From an uncultured Gemmatimonadales bacterium (GTDB lineage: Bacteria > Gemmatimonadota > Gemmatimonadetes > Gemmatimonadales > GWC2-71-9), in NCBI GenBank assembly GCA_963779755.1, contig CAVZZO010000001.1:192001-256000 (forward strand): a DNA stretch of 64,000 nt. The letters are read 5' to 3'. The notes below the pieces were generated by a model. The model was not told the origin of the DNA, did no database searches, and was given only the letters and a program-made list of their open reading frames with translations. This document shows, one piece after another, positions 18,709 to 30,000 of this stretch. The first letter of the stretch is position 1, and every line of letters begins with the position of its first letter. The position numbers and the translations under genes are program-made.

Positions 18709-19896
18709 ATGTCCGCACCGACGGAGCCCGCCGTCAGCCGTCGTCCCGCCATGGCGATTCTGTTTATCACGGTCGTCATCGATCTCATTGGATTCGGCAT
18801 CGTCCTGCCCCTGCTGCCCTCCTATGCCGCCGGGTTCCACGCGGGCGACATGGCCATCGGCCTGCTGGTGGCCAGCTTCTCACTGATGCAGTTCATTTTC
18901 GCTCCGCGCTGGGGTCGGCTGAGCGACCGCATCGGCCGGCGTCCCGTCCTGCTGATCGGCCTCTGCGGCAGCGCGGGGTCGTATCTGCTCTTCGCGCTGG
19001 CCGGTAACTACTGGGTCCTGTTACTCTCCCGGGTGCTGGCGGGCGGCATGGGGGCCACCGTCAACGTAGCCCAGGCCTATCTCGCCGACATCACCCCGCC
19101 CGAGCGCCGGTCGCATGCCATGGGCCTCATCGGTGCCGCGTTTGGCCTGGGCTTTGTGCTGGGGCCGGCCATCGCGGGCCTCACCGTCCGTTTCGGACAG
19201 GGCGTTCCCGGCTTCGTGGCGGCGGGTATCTCTGCCGGCGCTTTCCTGCTGGCGCTCATGCGCCTCCCCGAGACCCGGGTCCACCGCCCCAGCGAAGCCG
19301 CCGCCGGCCCGCTCCACTGGCGGTCGCTGGCCCCCAGCTACGGGGTCCTCTTCTTTGCCGTGCTGGCCTTTGCCGTCATCAGCGTGGCGCTGCCGCTCTA
19401 TACCACCCGCGATCTGGGCTATTCCGAAATGCAGACGGCCCATCTCTTCGTGCTCATGGGGCTGGCATCCGCGCTGGTACAGGGCTGGCTGGTGGGCAAG
19501 TTGTCGCGGCGGTTTCCCGAGCGCAGTCTCATCCGGGCGGGCACCACGCTGCTGGCGCTCGGCCTGGCGGGCATTCCGGTGAGCCACCTCTCCAGCGTTC
19601 CGTCCCCCTGGCATCTGCCGCTGATGCTCGTCTCCATCGTGGTCCTGGCAGCCGGCGTGGGGCTCAACGGCCCCAGCGTGACCGGCTACCTCAGCCGCAC
19701 GGTGGGACGGCATGAGCAGGGACGCGCCCTGGGCACGCTCCAGAGCGTGAATTCAATGGCGCGCATCCTGGGGCCGCCGGGGGCGGGGCTGGTGATGGCA
19801 ACGGCGGGGACGGCGATAACGTTTTTCGCCGCCGCCGCCATGGCCCTCATGGCCCTGCTGGTGAGCGTGGTCGGGATGGGTCCCGATGCGCTGTAA
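18709..19896 (+). CDS. MFS drug/H+ antiporter (TetA/DHA1-like)
   Basis: IDLIGFGIVLPLLP, WGRLSDRIGRRPVLL and GLGFVLGPAIAG motifs. Confidence 0.9.
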   Translation: MSAPTEPAVSRRPAMAILFITVVIDLIGFGIVLPLLPSYAAGFHAGDMAIGLLVASFSLMQFIFAPRWGRLSDRIGRRPVLLIGLCGSAGSYLLFALAGNYWVLLLSRVLAGGMGATVNVAQAYLADITPPERRSHAMGLIGAAFGLGFVLGPAIAGLTVRFGQGVPGFVAAGISAGAFLLALMRLPETRVHRPSEAAAGPLHWRSLAPSYGVLFFAVLAFAVISVALPLYTTRDLGYSEMQTAHLFVLMGLASALVQGWLVGKLSRRFPERSLIRAGTTLLALGLAGIPVSHLSSVPSPWHLPLMLVSIVVLAAGVGLNGPSVTGYLSRTVGRHEQGRALGTLQSVNSMARILGPPGAGLVMATAGTAITFFAAAAMALMALLVSVVGMGPDAL

Positions 19897-19902
19897 CGCG
19901 CC

Positions 19903-20670
19903 TCAGCGGGGCGTGCTGAACAGCCGGTGCCAGCGGACGGCGGAAAAGAAGGGCAGCGGCTTGTAACTGCTCGGGTCGTAGCTGAAGTAGATGACGATCG
20001 GACGCCCCCGCACGTTTTCCCGCGGCAGAAACCCCCAGTACCGGCTGTCGTAGGAACTGTCCCGGTTGTCCCCCATCACGAAGAACGAATCGGGCGGGAC
20101 CACGATGGGCCCCCAGTCGTGCAGGTCCGGCTCGTAGGTATCCGGATCACGGCCCACCAGATGTTTCAACTGCCAGTCCCGCATCCGGGCCCGCTGGAAG
20201 GGATCTTCGCCCCGGGTGGGATCGGTATGGATGGCCCAGGGTTCCTCCAGCCGCCGTCCGTTGCGGTAGAGATCGCCCCCTTCCATCCAGAGGGTATCGC
20301 CCGGTACGCCCACCAGCCGCTTCACCACCTTGAGGTCGGGGGTTTCCGGCTCCACCGAGTCGAAGACAATCACGTCTCCCCGCTTGGGCTCGCGGATCAC
20401 CGGCAGGTGGTAATGGGTAAACGGCACTTCGGCCCCGTAGAGGGCCTTGTTCACGAAGAGAAAGTCTCCGATCAGCAGCGTGTTTTCCATGCTGCCGGAA
20501 GGAATGCGGAAGGCTTCGATCAGAAAGGTCCGCAGCAGCAGCCAGATGACCAGAGCAACGCCGATGGACTTGGTCCAGTCCCAGAGCCAGGCGGAGAAGG
20601 TCCGTTCGGGGAGTGCAGGGGCGGGCTCGGGCTTTTCGGACGCGGGACGGGATTGAGAAGATCGGCTCAT
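19903..20670 (-). CDS. lepB: Signal peptidase I
   Basis: IPSGSMENTL, VKRLVGVPGD and MGDNRDSSYDSRYWG motifs. Confidence 0.95.
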   Translation of the reverse strand: MSRSSQSRPASEKPEPAPALPERTFSAWLWDWTKSIGVALVIWLLLRTFLIEAFRIPSGSMENTLLIGDFLFVNKALYGAEVPFTHYHLPVIREPKRGDVIVFDSVEPETPDLKVVKRLVGVPGDTLWMEGGDLYRNGRRLEEPWAIHTDPTRGEDPFQRARMRDWQLKHLVGRDPDTYEPDLHDWGPIVVPPDSFFVMGDNRDSSYDSRYWGFLPRENVRGRPIVIYFSYDPSSYKPLPFFSAVRWHRLFSTPR

Positions 20671-20773
20671 CGGCTCATCGGGCTGGGAAAGGGTCGCCCC
20701 GCGACGCGGGGGCGCCCGGAAACATAATCGCCGGGTGCCCGCTGTCGCGGGACGCGTACCCTCGGAGGCGGCG

Positions 20774-21865
20774 CTAGTTCACCCAGTCGGCGATGAACAG
20801 GTTGGTTTCGCCCGGATTGTCGGCGTGCCGGTTGCTGGCCCAGACCAGCTTCGACCCGTCGGGGCTCCACATGGGAAATCCGTCGAAATCGGGCGCCGTG
20901 GTGATCCGCTCCAGACCGGTGCCGTCCATGTTGATGACGTAGAGGTCGAAATGCCCGCTGTGCGGATCGGGGAAGTTGCTGGAGAAGATGATCCGCTTGC
21001 CGTCCGGATGCCAGAAGGGCGCGAAGTTGGCCCCGCCCAGATGCGTGATCTGACGGGGATTGCTCCCATCGGCATTGGCCACCCAGAGCTCGACCCTGGC
21101 CGGCCGCACCAGACGCTGGTGCAGCAGGGTGAGGTAGTCGGCGGAATCGGCCGCCGTCTGAGGATAGCCCGCGCGCCACACGATGTACTTGCCGTCGGGA
21201 GAAAAGAACGCGCCGCCGTCGTAGCCCACCCGGTGCGTGAGCCGCCGGAGGTTGCTCCCGTCGATGTTCATGGTGTAGAGCTCGAGGTCGCCGTCCATGG
21301 TGCTGGTGAAGATGATCTTCGTACCATCCTCCGACACCGTGGCCTCGGCGTTGTACGCGCCGTTGGAGGTCAGCGGCCTGAGCTCGCTGCCGTCGTCCCT
21401 GGCGGTGTAGATCTCCAGATGCGACAACGGCCACACGTACCCGTGGCTGCGGTCCGGCACCGGCGGACAAGCGGGAGAATACTGGAAGGTCGAGCTGTAG
21501 AGAATCCGGTGATCGTTATCGTAGAAATACCCGCAGGTCGTGCGGCCCTCGCCATTGGAAATGCGATGCAGGTTGGAGCCATCGGTGTTGATGATGTATT
21601 CCTGGTCGCATCCCTGGTCCAGCACCGGCTGGCGCTGGAAGATCAGCCGGGTGCCGTCCCGGGAGAAATACGCCTCGGCATTGTTACCGCTGAAGGTGAG
21701 CTGCCGGATCTGGCGCAGGTGCGTCTCCCCCGGCTCCGGCTGGACGTAGACGGTCGAGGGACCGTTCCCGGCGGCGCCGTCCGACGGGGTCTGGGCGGCG
21801 GCGCCCGCCACCAGGAGGGCCGGCAGCAGCCCGGCAGTCGCGGCGGCAAACAGGTGTCTGGTCAT
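20774..21865 (-). CDS. Secreted TolB-like PD40 beta-propeller protein
   Basis: Repeated FSPDGK/WHPDGKRIIFSS blades and a signal peptide. Confidence 0.85.
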   Translation of the reverse strand: MTRHLFAAATAGLLPALLVAGAAAQTPSDGAAGNGPSTVYVQPEPGETHLRQIRQLTFSGNNAEAYFSRDGTRLIFQRQPVLDQGCDQEYIINTDGSNLHRISNGEGRTTCGYFYDNDHRILYSSTFQYSPACPPVPDRSHGYVWPLSHLEIYTARDDGSELRPLTSNGAYNAEATVSEDGTKIIFTSTMDGDLELYTMNIDGSNLRRLTHRVGYDGGAFFSPDGKYIVWRAGYPQTAADSADYLTLLHQRLVRPARVELWVANADGSNPRQITHLGGANFAPFWHPDGKRIIFSSNFPDPHSGHFDLYVINMDGTGLERITTAPDFDGFPMWSPDGSKLVWASNRHADNPGETNLFIADWVN

Positions 21866-21922
21866 AGCGCTGAAAAATAGTGAAGGGGGTCGAGGCACCA
21901 TCCGTAGTAGTACGGACCGACC

Positions 21923-22399
21923 TCAGGAGGCAGCGGAGTCCCGCAGCGCCGCGAGAACCTGGGCGGCGTGGCCCCGCGGCTTCACTCTTTCGAAAATGCG
22001 AACGATTCGCCCGTCCGGGCCGATCAGCAAGGTGGTCCGCAGCACCCCCTGGTACTTGCGGCCATACATCGACTTCTCACCCCAGGCCCCATACCGCTCG
22101 GCCACGGCGTGATCCCGATCGCTCAGCAGGGGGAACGGCAGATCATGCTTGGCCCGGAACTTCTCGTGCGAACCGGTGGAATCGGGCGACACGCCGAGCA
22201 CCACGGCGCCGGTGGCCTGGACGTCGACCCAGGAATCGCGGAACTCGCAGGCCTCGATCGTGCATCCGCTGGTATCGTCCTTGGGATAGAAGTAGAGTAC
22301 CACGGATCGTCCCGCAAAATCCTTGAGCGATACCCGGCCTTCGTCGCTGTCGAGGGTGAAGGCGGGCGCCTTATCGCCCGGCGCCAGGGATGTAGTCAT
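21923..22399 (-). CDS. bcp: Thioredoxin-dependent peroxiredoxin Bcp/PrxQ
   Basis: YFYPKDDTSGCTIEAC motif. Confidence 0.95.
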   Translation of the reverse strand: MTTSLAPGDKAPAFTLDSDEGRVSLKDFAGRSVVLYFYPKDDTSGCTIEACEFRDSWVDVQATGAVVLGVSPDSTGSHEKFRAKHDLPFPLLSDRDHAVAERYGAWGEKSMYGRKYQGVLRTTLLIGPDGRIVRIFERVKPRGHAAQVLAALRDSAAS

Positions 22400-24347
22400 C
22401 AGTCGTGCTCCGGATGGGGGGGAGAATACGGGTGGCGGCCACCCGCACGGCGCCGTCCTCGATGGTGAATTCGATCTCCGGAATCAGCACATGCCGCTCG
22501 CGCTTCGGCAGCACCAGATCGGCCGATCGGCTCCGGGGCCAGCGCCGGCTCACCGCGGCATCGCCTGCCAGCGCGTCAGGATCCGCGCCCTGCGCAATCA
22601 GCCGCGCCAGGACCGCGCGCGGGCTGCCCAGAGACCGTGCCAGCACCCGGATCAGGTGATACCCCAGCACATGGGGATTGTTCGCGGCCAGGCTGGCCCG
22701 CTTCTCCGCCTCACCCAGCAGCAGCAGCGGCAGCCGCCGGGCCGCGGGCTGCAGCAGGCGCTCCGTTTCCCATTCTGCCAGGCCCTCGGCCAGAAAGGGA
22801 TCCAGTTCCGGCAGAAGAAGCCAGCCGCTGCGCTCCAGCGGACGGCCGGGACCGGCGCGCCAGCGGCGCTCGTGTTCGATGTGCAGCCACTCGTGGATCA
22901 GGGTGCCCACCGCGAACACCGGCTCATAGGACGGGTCCAGCAGAATCAGATCGTGCGGTTCCAGGAACCCGTTGAACGCTTCATCCGCATACCGTCCCGG
23001 GGAGAGGACGCGCCAGCTGCCCGCACGACTGTCCAGCGTCGTGGCTTCGCCGAAATCGGAGCTCAGCGCGTGCACCGAGACCAGCAGCGCGGCAACACCA
23101 TGGCGATCCAGCCACTGGCGGGCGGGAGCGTTTATCGGCGCCACCAGTTGCAGCGCCGAGCTGTCCGGCAGGCCGAAGCGGGCCGATCCCTCGGGATAGC
23201 CGAAGATCCTGATCGCCAGTTCGGGAGTGCGCGCCCCCGGCTCCGGCCACTGCACCTGCCGCATCAATCCGGCAACGCTCCTCGGGCCGTCGGACCCCGG
23301 TATCCAGTCGTCCTGGAGAAAGAACTCCATCACCCGCCGGTACCAGCCTTCGGCCGCCACATAGCCCCCGAGGAGGGACAGCGCCGCGGCTCCGGAGGCT
23401 GAATCGGCCCCGAGCAGGGTCGCGCGGTCTTCCTGCGATGCGACACTGTCCCGGGCCCAGCGGGCCAGCATGCGGTAAAGCGCGCCCGGGACATCACTCT
23501 CGCCGGCGTTAGCCGGCAGCAACTGCGCCGATTGCAGCGCGGGCAGCGCGGCCGCCCAGGTGATGCCGGGCGACCGGACCCGGGCGGCAACCAGTGCCGC
23601 ATCGTGGAGATCCACCTGCCAGCCGGAATCGGGGCGAAAGAGATAGTCGAACCGTGCCCGGGTGGAATCGCCGCGCAGCCCCGCGCGGATGGAAGCCAGA
23701 GCGTCAATCATGCGGGGGCGCAAGCGATCGCGCTGATACAGACCCATGGCACGATTCAGGACTTCGGCCCCCAGACTGTCCCGCGGGAGGGGCTCGAGTC
23801 CGGCCGCCCCCGCCAATCGGGCGTAGGCGCGATACAAACTGTCCGCGGTCTCACCGTCGCGCGCGGCGGCGGCCAGCCAGGCGCCGGGGATGTGATAGGA
23901 GGAATCGTCCTGGCCGATCAGGATTTCGCGCAGCAGAAAGCGCGGCGGGGCGGCATAGTACTCCTGCCCGGGGGATAACCGGAAGGCACGCCAGCGAGAG
24001 GAGGCTCCGCCGCTCAGCACCTCGCCCTCGAGCTGGTCGCCGGTTGCAGTTCCGTGGAACCGCCGGGGAGGAAGGGAGGCCGTCCGGAACCGGACCTCGT
24101 CTCCGCTCCAGGAGAGATCTTCCAGCGGCAGCCATGAGCTGTCGCGGTTCTCCAGCAGAAGCCGGCCGGTGAGGCCGGCGGTGCCGGAATCGATCCGCAG
24201 CTCGCCATGCAGATCGGCCGCACCCTGGCGGATGGTCAGGGCCCAGCGGGACGGTTGCTGGGCCCGTATTCCCTGCGGACAGAAAGTGAGCAGCAGGGCG
24301 AGCGCGATGCCGCCCCGGCCCCGGCTCGATGATGCGCCGGCAATCAT
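22371..24347 (-). CDS. Secreted hypothetical protein, putative gluzincin metallopeptidase
   Basis: TLIHEWLH with downstream LAEGLAE and a signal-like N-terminus. Start uncertain. Confidence 0.6.
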   Translation of the reverse strand: MIAGASSSRGRGGIALALLLTFCPQGIRAQQPSRWALTIRQGAADLHGELRIDSGTAGLTGRLLLENRDSSWLPLEDLSWSGDEVRFRTASLPPRRFHGTATGDQLEGEVLSGGASSRWRAFRLSPGQEYYAAPPRFLLREILIGQDDSSYHIPGAWLAAAARDGETADSLYRAYARLAGAAGLEPLPRDSLGAEVLNRAMGLYQRDRLRPRMIDALASIRAGLRGDSTRARFDYLFRPDSGWQVDLHDAALVAARVRSPGITWAAALPALQSAQLLPANAGESDVPGALYRMLARWARDSVASQEDRATLLGADSASGAAALSLLGGYVAAEGWYRRVMEFFLQDDWIPGSDGPRSVAGLMRQVQWPEPGARTPELAIRIFGYPEGSARFGLPDSSALQLVAPINAPARQWLDRHGVAALLVSVHALSSDFGEATTLDSRAGSWRVLSPGRYADEAFNGFLEPHDLILLDPSYEPVFAVGTLIHEWLHIEHERRWRAGPGRPLERSGWLLLPELDPFLAEGLAEWETERLLQPAARRLPLLLLGEAEKRASLAANNPHVLGYHLIRVLARSLGSPRAVLARLIAQGADPDALAGDAAVSRRWPRSRSADLVLPKRERHVLIPEIEFTIEDGAVRVAATRILPPIRSTTDDYIPGAGR

Positions 24348-24587
24348 GCCCCGCAATCTAGACCTGCCCCTGCGGAGGTGCCGCGGTGCCGCAGCCCGCG
24401 GCACAATGCCGCCCGGGGACTGGGGGCTCCGGCCGCTCTCCCTCAGGATCCGGCTCAGGCTGCGGTAGCACAACGGGATAGGATGCCTAAGCATGGGCAG
24501 GCGGGCGCAGGAAGAAGGAGGCCTGATTCTGGCTGCCATTGCGATTGCCTGCCCCGCTTGTGGCAGGGCGGCGCGCTCCGGACTGTA

Positions 24588-25682
24588 CTAGGGCTGAGAA
24601 CCGGCCGCTTCCTCGCTCCGCTGCACGGGCCGGCGATCGACCGGTTTCGCATTGACCGGCATGCCGTCCTGCAGCCGCTCCAGTCCCCCGGTAACCACCT
24701 GCTCCCCGCCATCCAGCCCGCTCCGGATCTCGACGAAGCCCGGGGTCCGGACACCGAGCCCCACCTGCCGCCGTACCGCTTTGCCCGAGTCCACCACCCA
24801 GACGAAGTTCGCGCCCCGAACCGGGAGAATCGCCTCCTCCGGCACCACGACGGCATCGGGACGCACGTCCGTCGCGAGGCGCGCTTCGATGAACATGCCC
24901 GCCTGCAGGCTCCGTCCCGGATTCGGCACCACCGCTTTCACCAGAATGGTCCGGGCGGGCAGCTGGACTACCGGGTCGACGAAGTCCACCCGCCCGGTGA
25001 ACTCCCGCGCCGGCAGGGCGGCGACCGTGAACCGCACCGTTTGTCCCACCTTCAGCTGTCCGGCATAGCGCTCGGGCACCCGCAGGACGGCTCGTTGGGG
25101 ATTCACCGTCTGCAGCATGATGAGCGGCGTGCTCGACGTGACGTAATCGCCCAGGCTGGCGAAGCGCTGCCCGGCGATCCCGGCAAAGGGGGCGCGCACC
25201 ACGGTCCGGGAGAGCCGCACCTGGGTCAGCTCCAGCTGGGCGCGGGCGCTGCGGGCGGCGGCTTGCGCCTGCTCCAGATCGGCCTGGGAGGCGGCCTTCT
25301 GCTCCAGCAGCGACCGGGTGCGGGTCAGAGCCTGTTCGGCCAGGTCGCGCTCGGCTTCGAGCCGCGCCACCTGGGCCTTCAGCTCGGCATCATCCACCTT
25401 GAAGAGCGCATCGCCCCTGGCCACCATCTGCCCTTCGCGCGCGTAGATCTCCACGAGGCGGCCGTCGATATCAGGGCGCAGCTCGGTGGACTGGAACGGC
25501 TCGATCTGGCCGGTGGCGCCGATGGCATCGACCACCGTGTCGCGGAAGGCCGCCGAAACCTCGACCGGCATGGCGAACCCGCCGCCCTCGCCGGCCGCGG
25601 GGGCGGCATCGCCCTTGCCGCAGCCGGCGAGAGCAGCCAGCAGGAGCAGCGGGGCGGCGGGGCGGCGGATCATGGCATTCAT
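24588..25682 (-). CDS. RND efflux membrane-fusion lipoprotein
   Basis: LAGC lipobox, VRAPFAG and LQAGMF motifs. Confidence 0.9.
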   Translation of the reverse strand: MNAMIRRPAAPLLLLAALAGCGKGDAAPAAGEGGGFAMPVEVSAAFRDTVVDAIGATGQIEPFQSTELRPDIDGRLVEIYAREGQMVARGDALFKVDDAELKAQVARLEAERDLAEQALTRTRSLLEQKAASQADLEQAQAAARSARAQLELTQVRLSRTVVRAPFAGIAGQRFASLGDYVTSSTPLIMLQTVNPQRAVLRVPERYAGQLKVGQTVRFTVAALPAREFTGRVDFVDPVVQLPARTILVKAVVPNPGRSLQAGMFIEARLATDVRPDAVVVPEEAILPVRGANFVWVVDSGKAVRRQVGLGVRTPGFVEIRSGLDGGEQVVTGGLERLQDGMPVNAKPVDRRPVQRSEEAAGSQP

Positions 25683-25731
25683 CGGTAACCGCTCGTGCAT
25701 AAGGTGAAGCCTCGTCGTCGTTCTCATCCTG

Positions 25732-27012
25732 TTACGGCGCGGGCGGCGCCGCAAACAGCCGCCGGCCCACGATTGCCTCGAGGCCGGCCAGCGCCAGCCG
25801 GGCGCTGAACCGCCCCTGCACCAGATCCGTTTCCGCCTGAGTGAGGCTGAACTGGGCGTTGAGCAGGTCCAGAATCGTGCTGGCCCCCGCCCGATAGCGC
25901 GCATCCTGGACCCGGTAGTTCTCCCGGGCTACGGTAATCGAGGCTTCGGAGGCCCGGATCGCCTCCCGGGCGTTGCTGTAGGCCAGATACGCCTGGGTCA
26001 CATCGACCCGGGCCGCCCGCTCCAGGTCGCCCCGGATGGCGCGGGCGACGTCGCGGTTGACCCGGGCCTGGCTCACCGCCAGCTCCCGCTGGGCATTGTT
26101 CCAGATGGGGATGGTAACGTTCAGCGCCACCGACGACACCACTCGGGCGTTGGGGAAGAACTGGGTGTCGAAGCGGGAGTGGCTGCCGGTCAGCGTCACC
26201 GTGGGCAGATAGTCGCCGTAGCGCCCCCGCAGTGTCGCCTGCGCCGCCCGCTCATTGGCCCGCGCCGCCCGGTACTGGGGCCCCTGATCCAACGCCTCCC
26301 TTACCGCGGCCCCGAGACCCAGGGGCAGCTCGGGCGCGGCGACGGCGGCCAGGGGGACGGCATCCACCGGACCGGCAGCGCCCACCCGGCGCCCCAGTTC
26401 CAGCCGGGAGACATCCAGCGCCGCCCGCTGCCGCAGCAGCTGGAGGTCGGCTTGGGTCAGCTCCAGCTGCAGCTGGAGCGAGTCGCTCTGCACCGCCGCG
26501 CCCGAGGTCACCCGGGCGCGGGCCACCGTCAGCGCTTCCCGGGCGCGTTGCACCCGCTCTTCCGCCAGCCGCACCAGCTCCTGATCGGCCAGCACGGCGT
26601 AGAAATCGGATTCCGTGAGCAGCGCCGCGGCGTAGCGGGCCTGCACCTCGGTCGCCTGGGCGCTTTCCAGCTCGGCGCCGGTGCGCGACAGATCGGTGAA
26701 CTTTCGCAGGCTGAAGAGCTCGTACCGCGCGTCGGCCCGGCCGATCACCGAGGTCTTCTGCAGCTGCCCGGTGCCGATGTTGAAGAAGGCCTCGGAGTAG
26801 CGGGTCACGTCCAGACTCACGCTGAGCGACGGCGCCACGAAGGCGAGGATGGATGCGCGGCGGCCCCACTCGGCGCTGGCCACCTGGCCCAGGGCGCGCA
26901 CATAATCGGGGTTGAGCCGGGATGCCTGCTGCAGGGCCTCCGGCAGGGTGACCGCGGGCAGACTGTCGGGCGGCGCCGCCAATTGCAGCGCCGCCAGCAG
27001 CGCGAGCATCAT
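25732..27012 (-). CDS. TolC-family outer-membrane protein
   Basis: Duplicated OEP repeats, RYRAGASTILDLLNAQ. Confidence 0.9.
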   Translation of the reverse strand: MMLALLAALQLAAPPDSLPAVTLPEALQQASRLNPDYVRALGQVASAEWGRRASILAFVAPSLSVSLDVTRYSEAFFNIGTGQLQKTSVIGRADARYELFSLRKFTDLSRTGAELESAQATEVQARYAAALLTESDFYAVLADQELVRLAEERVQRAREALTVARARVTSGAAVQSDSLQLQLELTQADLQLLRQRAALDVSRLELGRRVGAAGPVDAVPLAAVAAPELPLGLGAAVREALDQGPQYRAARANERAAQATLRGRYGDYLPTVTLTGSHSRFDTQFFPNARVVSSVALNVTIPIWNNAQRELAVSQARVNRDVARAIRGDLERAARVDVTQAYLAYSNAREAIRASEASITVARENYRVQDARYRAGASTILDLLNAQFSLTQAETDLVQGRFSARLALAGLEAIVGRRLFAAPPAP

Positions 27013-30000
27013 GGCGCCTCCGCCGGCCGGCGTTCGGCGGCGGGAGCCCGGCGCCGGGTCCGCTCCAGGGCAAGCTCGAAGAGCACCCAGACCACCGGCA
27101 CCAGGAACAGCGTCAGCGCCGTGGAGAAGAACACGCCGCCTACGATTCCGTAGCCCAGCGGCCGCCTGCTGGTGGAGCCGGCGCCCAGCCCCAGGGCGAT
27201 AGGCAGCCCGCCCATGATGGTCGCAAAGGAGGTCATCAGGATGGGACGGAGGCGGATGCGGCCCGACTCGCGCATGGCGGCCAGCGTGTCCAGGCCTCGG
27301 GCCTTGAGCTGGTTGGCGTATTCCACCAGCAGAATGGAGTTCTTGGTGACGATGCCGATCAGCAGGATCATGCCGATCTGGCTGTAGAGGTTCAGCGTGC
27401 TGCCCGTCAGCTTGAGCGTCAGCAGCGCTCCGGTGACGGCGAGCGGCACGGCCAGCAGCACGGTGAACGGGTGGATCAGCGACTCGAACTGCGAGGCCAG
27501 CACCATGAACACCACCACCAGCGCCAGCACGAAGGCGAAGTAGAGCGAGGAGCCGCTTTCTTCCAGCTCGCGTGACTCGCCCGCCAGCGCCGTGCTACTT
27601 CCGGTGGGCAGAACCTCCTGGGCGATGGCATGCAGCGAATCCAGCGCCACTCCCAGAGGGAAGCCCGGGGCCAGGCTGGCGGTGAGCGTGAAGGAGCGCA
27701 CCCGGTTGAAGTGGTTGAGCGACTGGGGAGCGACGCCCTCTTCGAGCCGGGTGACGGCGCTGAGCTGGACCAGCTCGCCCCCGCGGCCACGGACGTAGAG
27801 GCCGGAGACGTCGGAGGGCGTCAGCCGCTCTTCCGGGTTCAGCTGCACGATCACGTCGTAGAGCTTGTTGTTACGGGTGAACGTGCTGGTGCGCCGGCCG
27901 CCCAGCATGGTCTGCAGGGTCGCGGCCACGTCGCCGACCGGCACGCCCAGATCTTCGGCCCGGTCGCGGTCGAAGCTCACGGTAAGTTGCGGCTTGTTGA
28001 TGCGGAGATCGGTGTCCACGTTGAGCAGTCCCGGGATGGCACGGGCCCGCGCCGTCATGGTGTCCATGGCGGACGCCAGGCGGTCAAAATCGGGCTGCTG
28101 CACCACGAACTGTACCGGGCTGCCGAAGCCGAAGGCCGGAGGGTTCTGGGCAAAGGCCAGCACCCCGGGCACCGCAAAGAACTTCGGCTGAATCTCGCTC
28201 AGCACTTCCTGGACGCTCCGGTTCCGGTCGTGCCAGTCCTTGAGCCGGGTGAAGAGCATACCCCGGTTCACCCGGCCGCCGAAGCCGACCGCGCTGAAAT
28301 AGCTGACGACCTCGGGCGTGTGAGCCAGCACTTCCTCGATCTGCTTCTGGTACTGGTCGGTATACGCCACCGTGGAGCCCTCGGGCGCCAGCACGATGGT
28401 GAAGAACCAGCCGCGGTCTTCCGGCGGCACGAATTCGCGCTTGAGCGAGGTGAAGACCAGCACCGCCAGCGCCAGGGTGCCCGCGGCCCCCAGCAGCACG
28501 GTGCCGCGGTGCCGCATCGCCCAGTCGAGGCTGCGGGCGTAGAGGTCCGAGAGCCGGTTGAAGCCGCGCTCCAGCGCCTTGAAGACCGGCCCGTGTTCCT
28601 TCGGCACCCGCAGGACCTGGGCGCACAGCATGGGCGTCAGCGTGAGCGCCACGAAGCCGGAGAGCACCACCGCGCCCGCCAGCGCAAGCCCGAACTCGCT
28701 GAAGAGCCGCCCGGTGGTGCCGCGGAGAAAGGCCAGCGGCGTGAACACCGCCGCCAGGGAGATGGTCGTGGCGATGACCGCGAAGGCGATCTCGCGCGTC
28801 CCGTTGGTGGCGGCGTCCACCGGGGTTTCGCCCAGCTCCTCCTGGTGGCGGTAGGCATTTTCCAGCACGATGATGGCGTCGTCCACCACGATGCCGATGG
28901 CCAGCGTGAGCGCCAGCAGCGTCAGATTGTTGATGGAAAAGCCGAACGCATACATCAACGCGAAGGTGGCGACGATGCTGGCGGGAATGGCGAGGCCGGG
29001 AATGATGGTGGCCCGGAGGTTCCGCAGAAAGAGGAAGATGATCACCACCACCAGAGCGGCGGCGATCAGCAGGGTCTCCTCGGCCTCCTGGATCGAACGT
29101 CGCACGAAGATCGACTGGTCGAAGGCCACATCGATGGACACACCCGGCGGCAGCTGCTGGCGGATGGCGGGCAGCTCCCGGTAGATGGCATCCGCGACCT
29201 GGATCAGGTTGGCCTTACTCTGCCGGATCACCCCGACCGCCACCGCCGGCGTCTGGTTGTACCGGATGGCGCTGCGCTCGTCCTCCGGGCCCAGCTCGAC
29301 GCGGCCCACGTCCCGGAGCCGCACCAGCTGCCCGTTGCGGCTGTCCACCACCAGGTTGCCGAACTCCTGCGGGGTCTTGAGCTCGCCCAGCGACCGCACC
29401 GTGAACTCACGCTGCACCGACTCGATCCGCCCGCTGGGAATCTCCACGTTGCGCGAGCGGATGGCGCTCTCCACGTCCTGCACCGTCAGGTTCCGCGCCG
29501 CCAGTTCCGGCGCCGACAGCCAGACCCGCATGGAGTAGCGGCGCTCCCCGAACACCTGCGCGCGCCCCACGCCGGGGAGCGTCTGCAGGCGGGTCTTCAC
29601 GATCCGGTCGCCGATATCGGAGAGCTGGAGCAGATCGTAGCTGGTGCCCGAGAGCGCCAGCCAGAAGAAGGGGTTGGCATCCGCCTCCTGCTTGGCCACG
29701 ACCGGCTCCAGCACCTCTTCCGGCAGGCGTCCGCGCACCCGGGCGACCTTGTCGCGCACATCCTGCGCGGCCGCTTCGACGTCCCGGTCGAGATTGAATT
29801 CCAGGGTGATATTGCTGAACTGCTCCGCACTCGAACTGGTAAGCGTGCGTACCCCCGCGATGGTACTGAGCTCTTCCTCCAGGATGTCGGTGACGGCCGA
29901 TTCCACCACCTGGGGGTTTGCCCCCGGCAGGGTGGTGGACACCGAGATCACCGGCGGGTCGATATCGGGGAACTCGCGCACCGACAGGCGGGTGTAGCCC

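Noticed and set aside
18709..19896. Acquired tetracycline resistance; likewise true beta-lactamase at 49318-50715
   Set aside because: Only family-level motifs, host-like GC and no mobile context.
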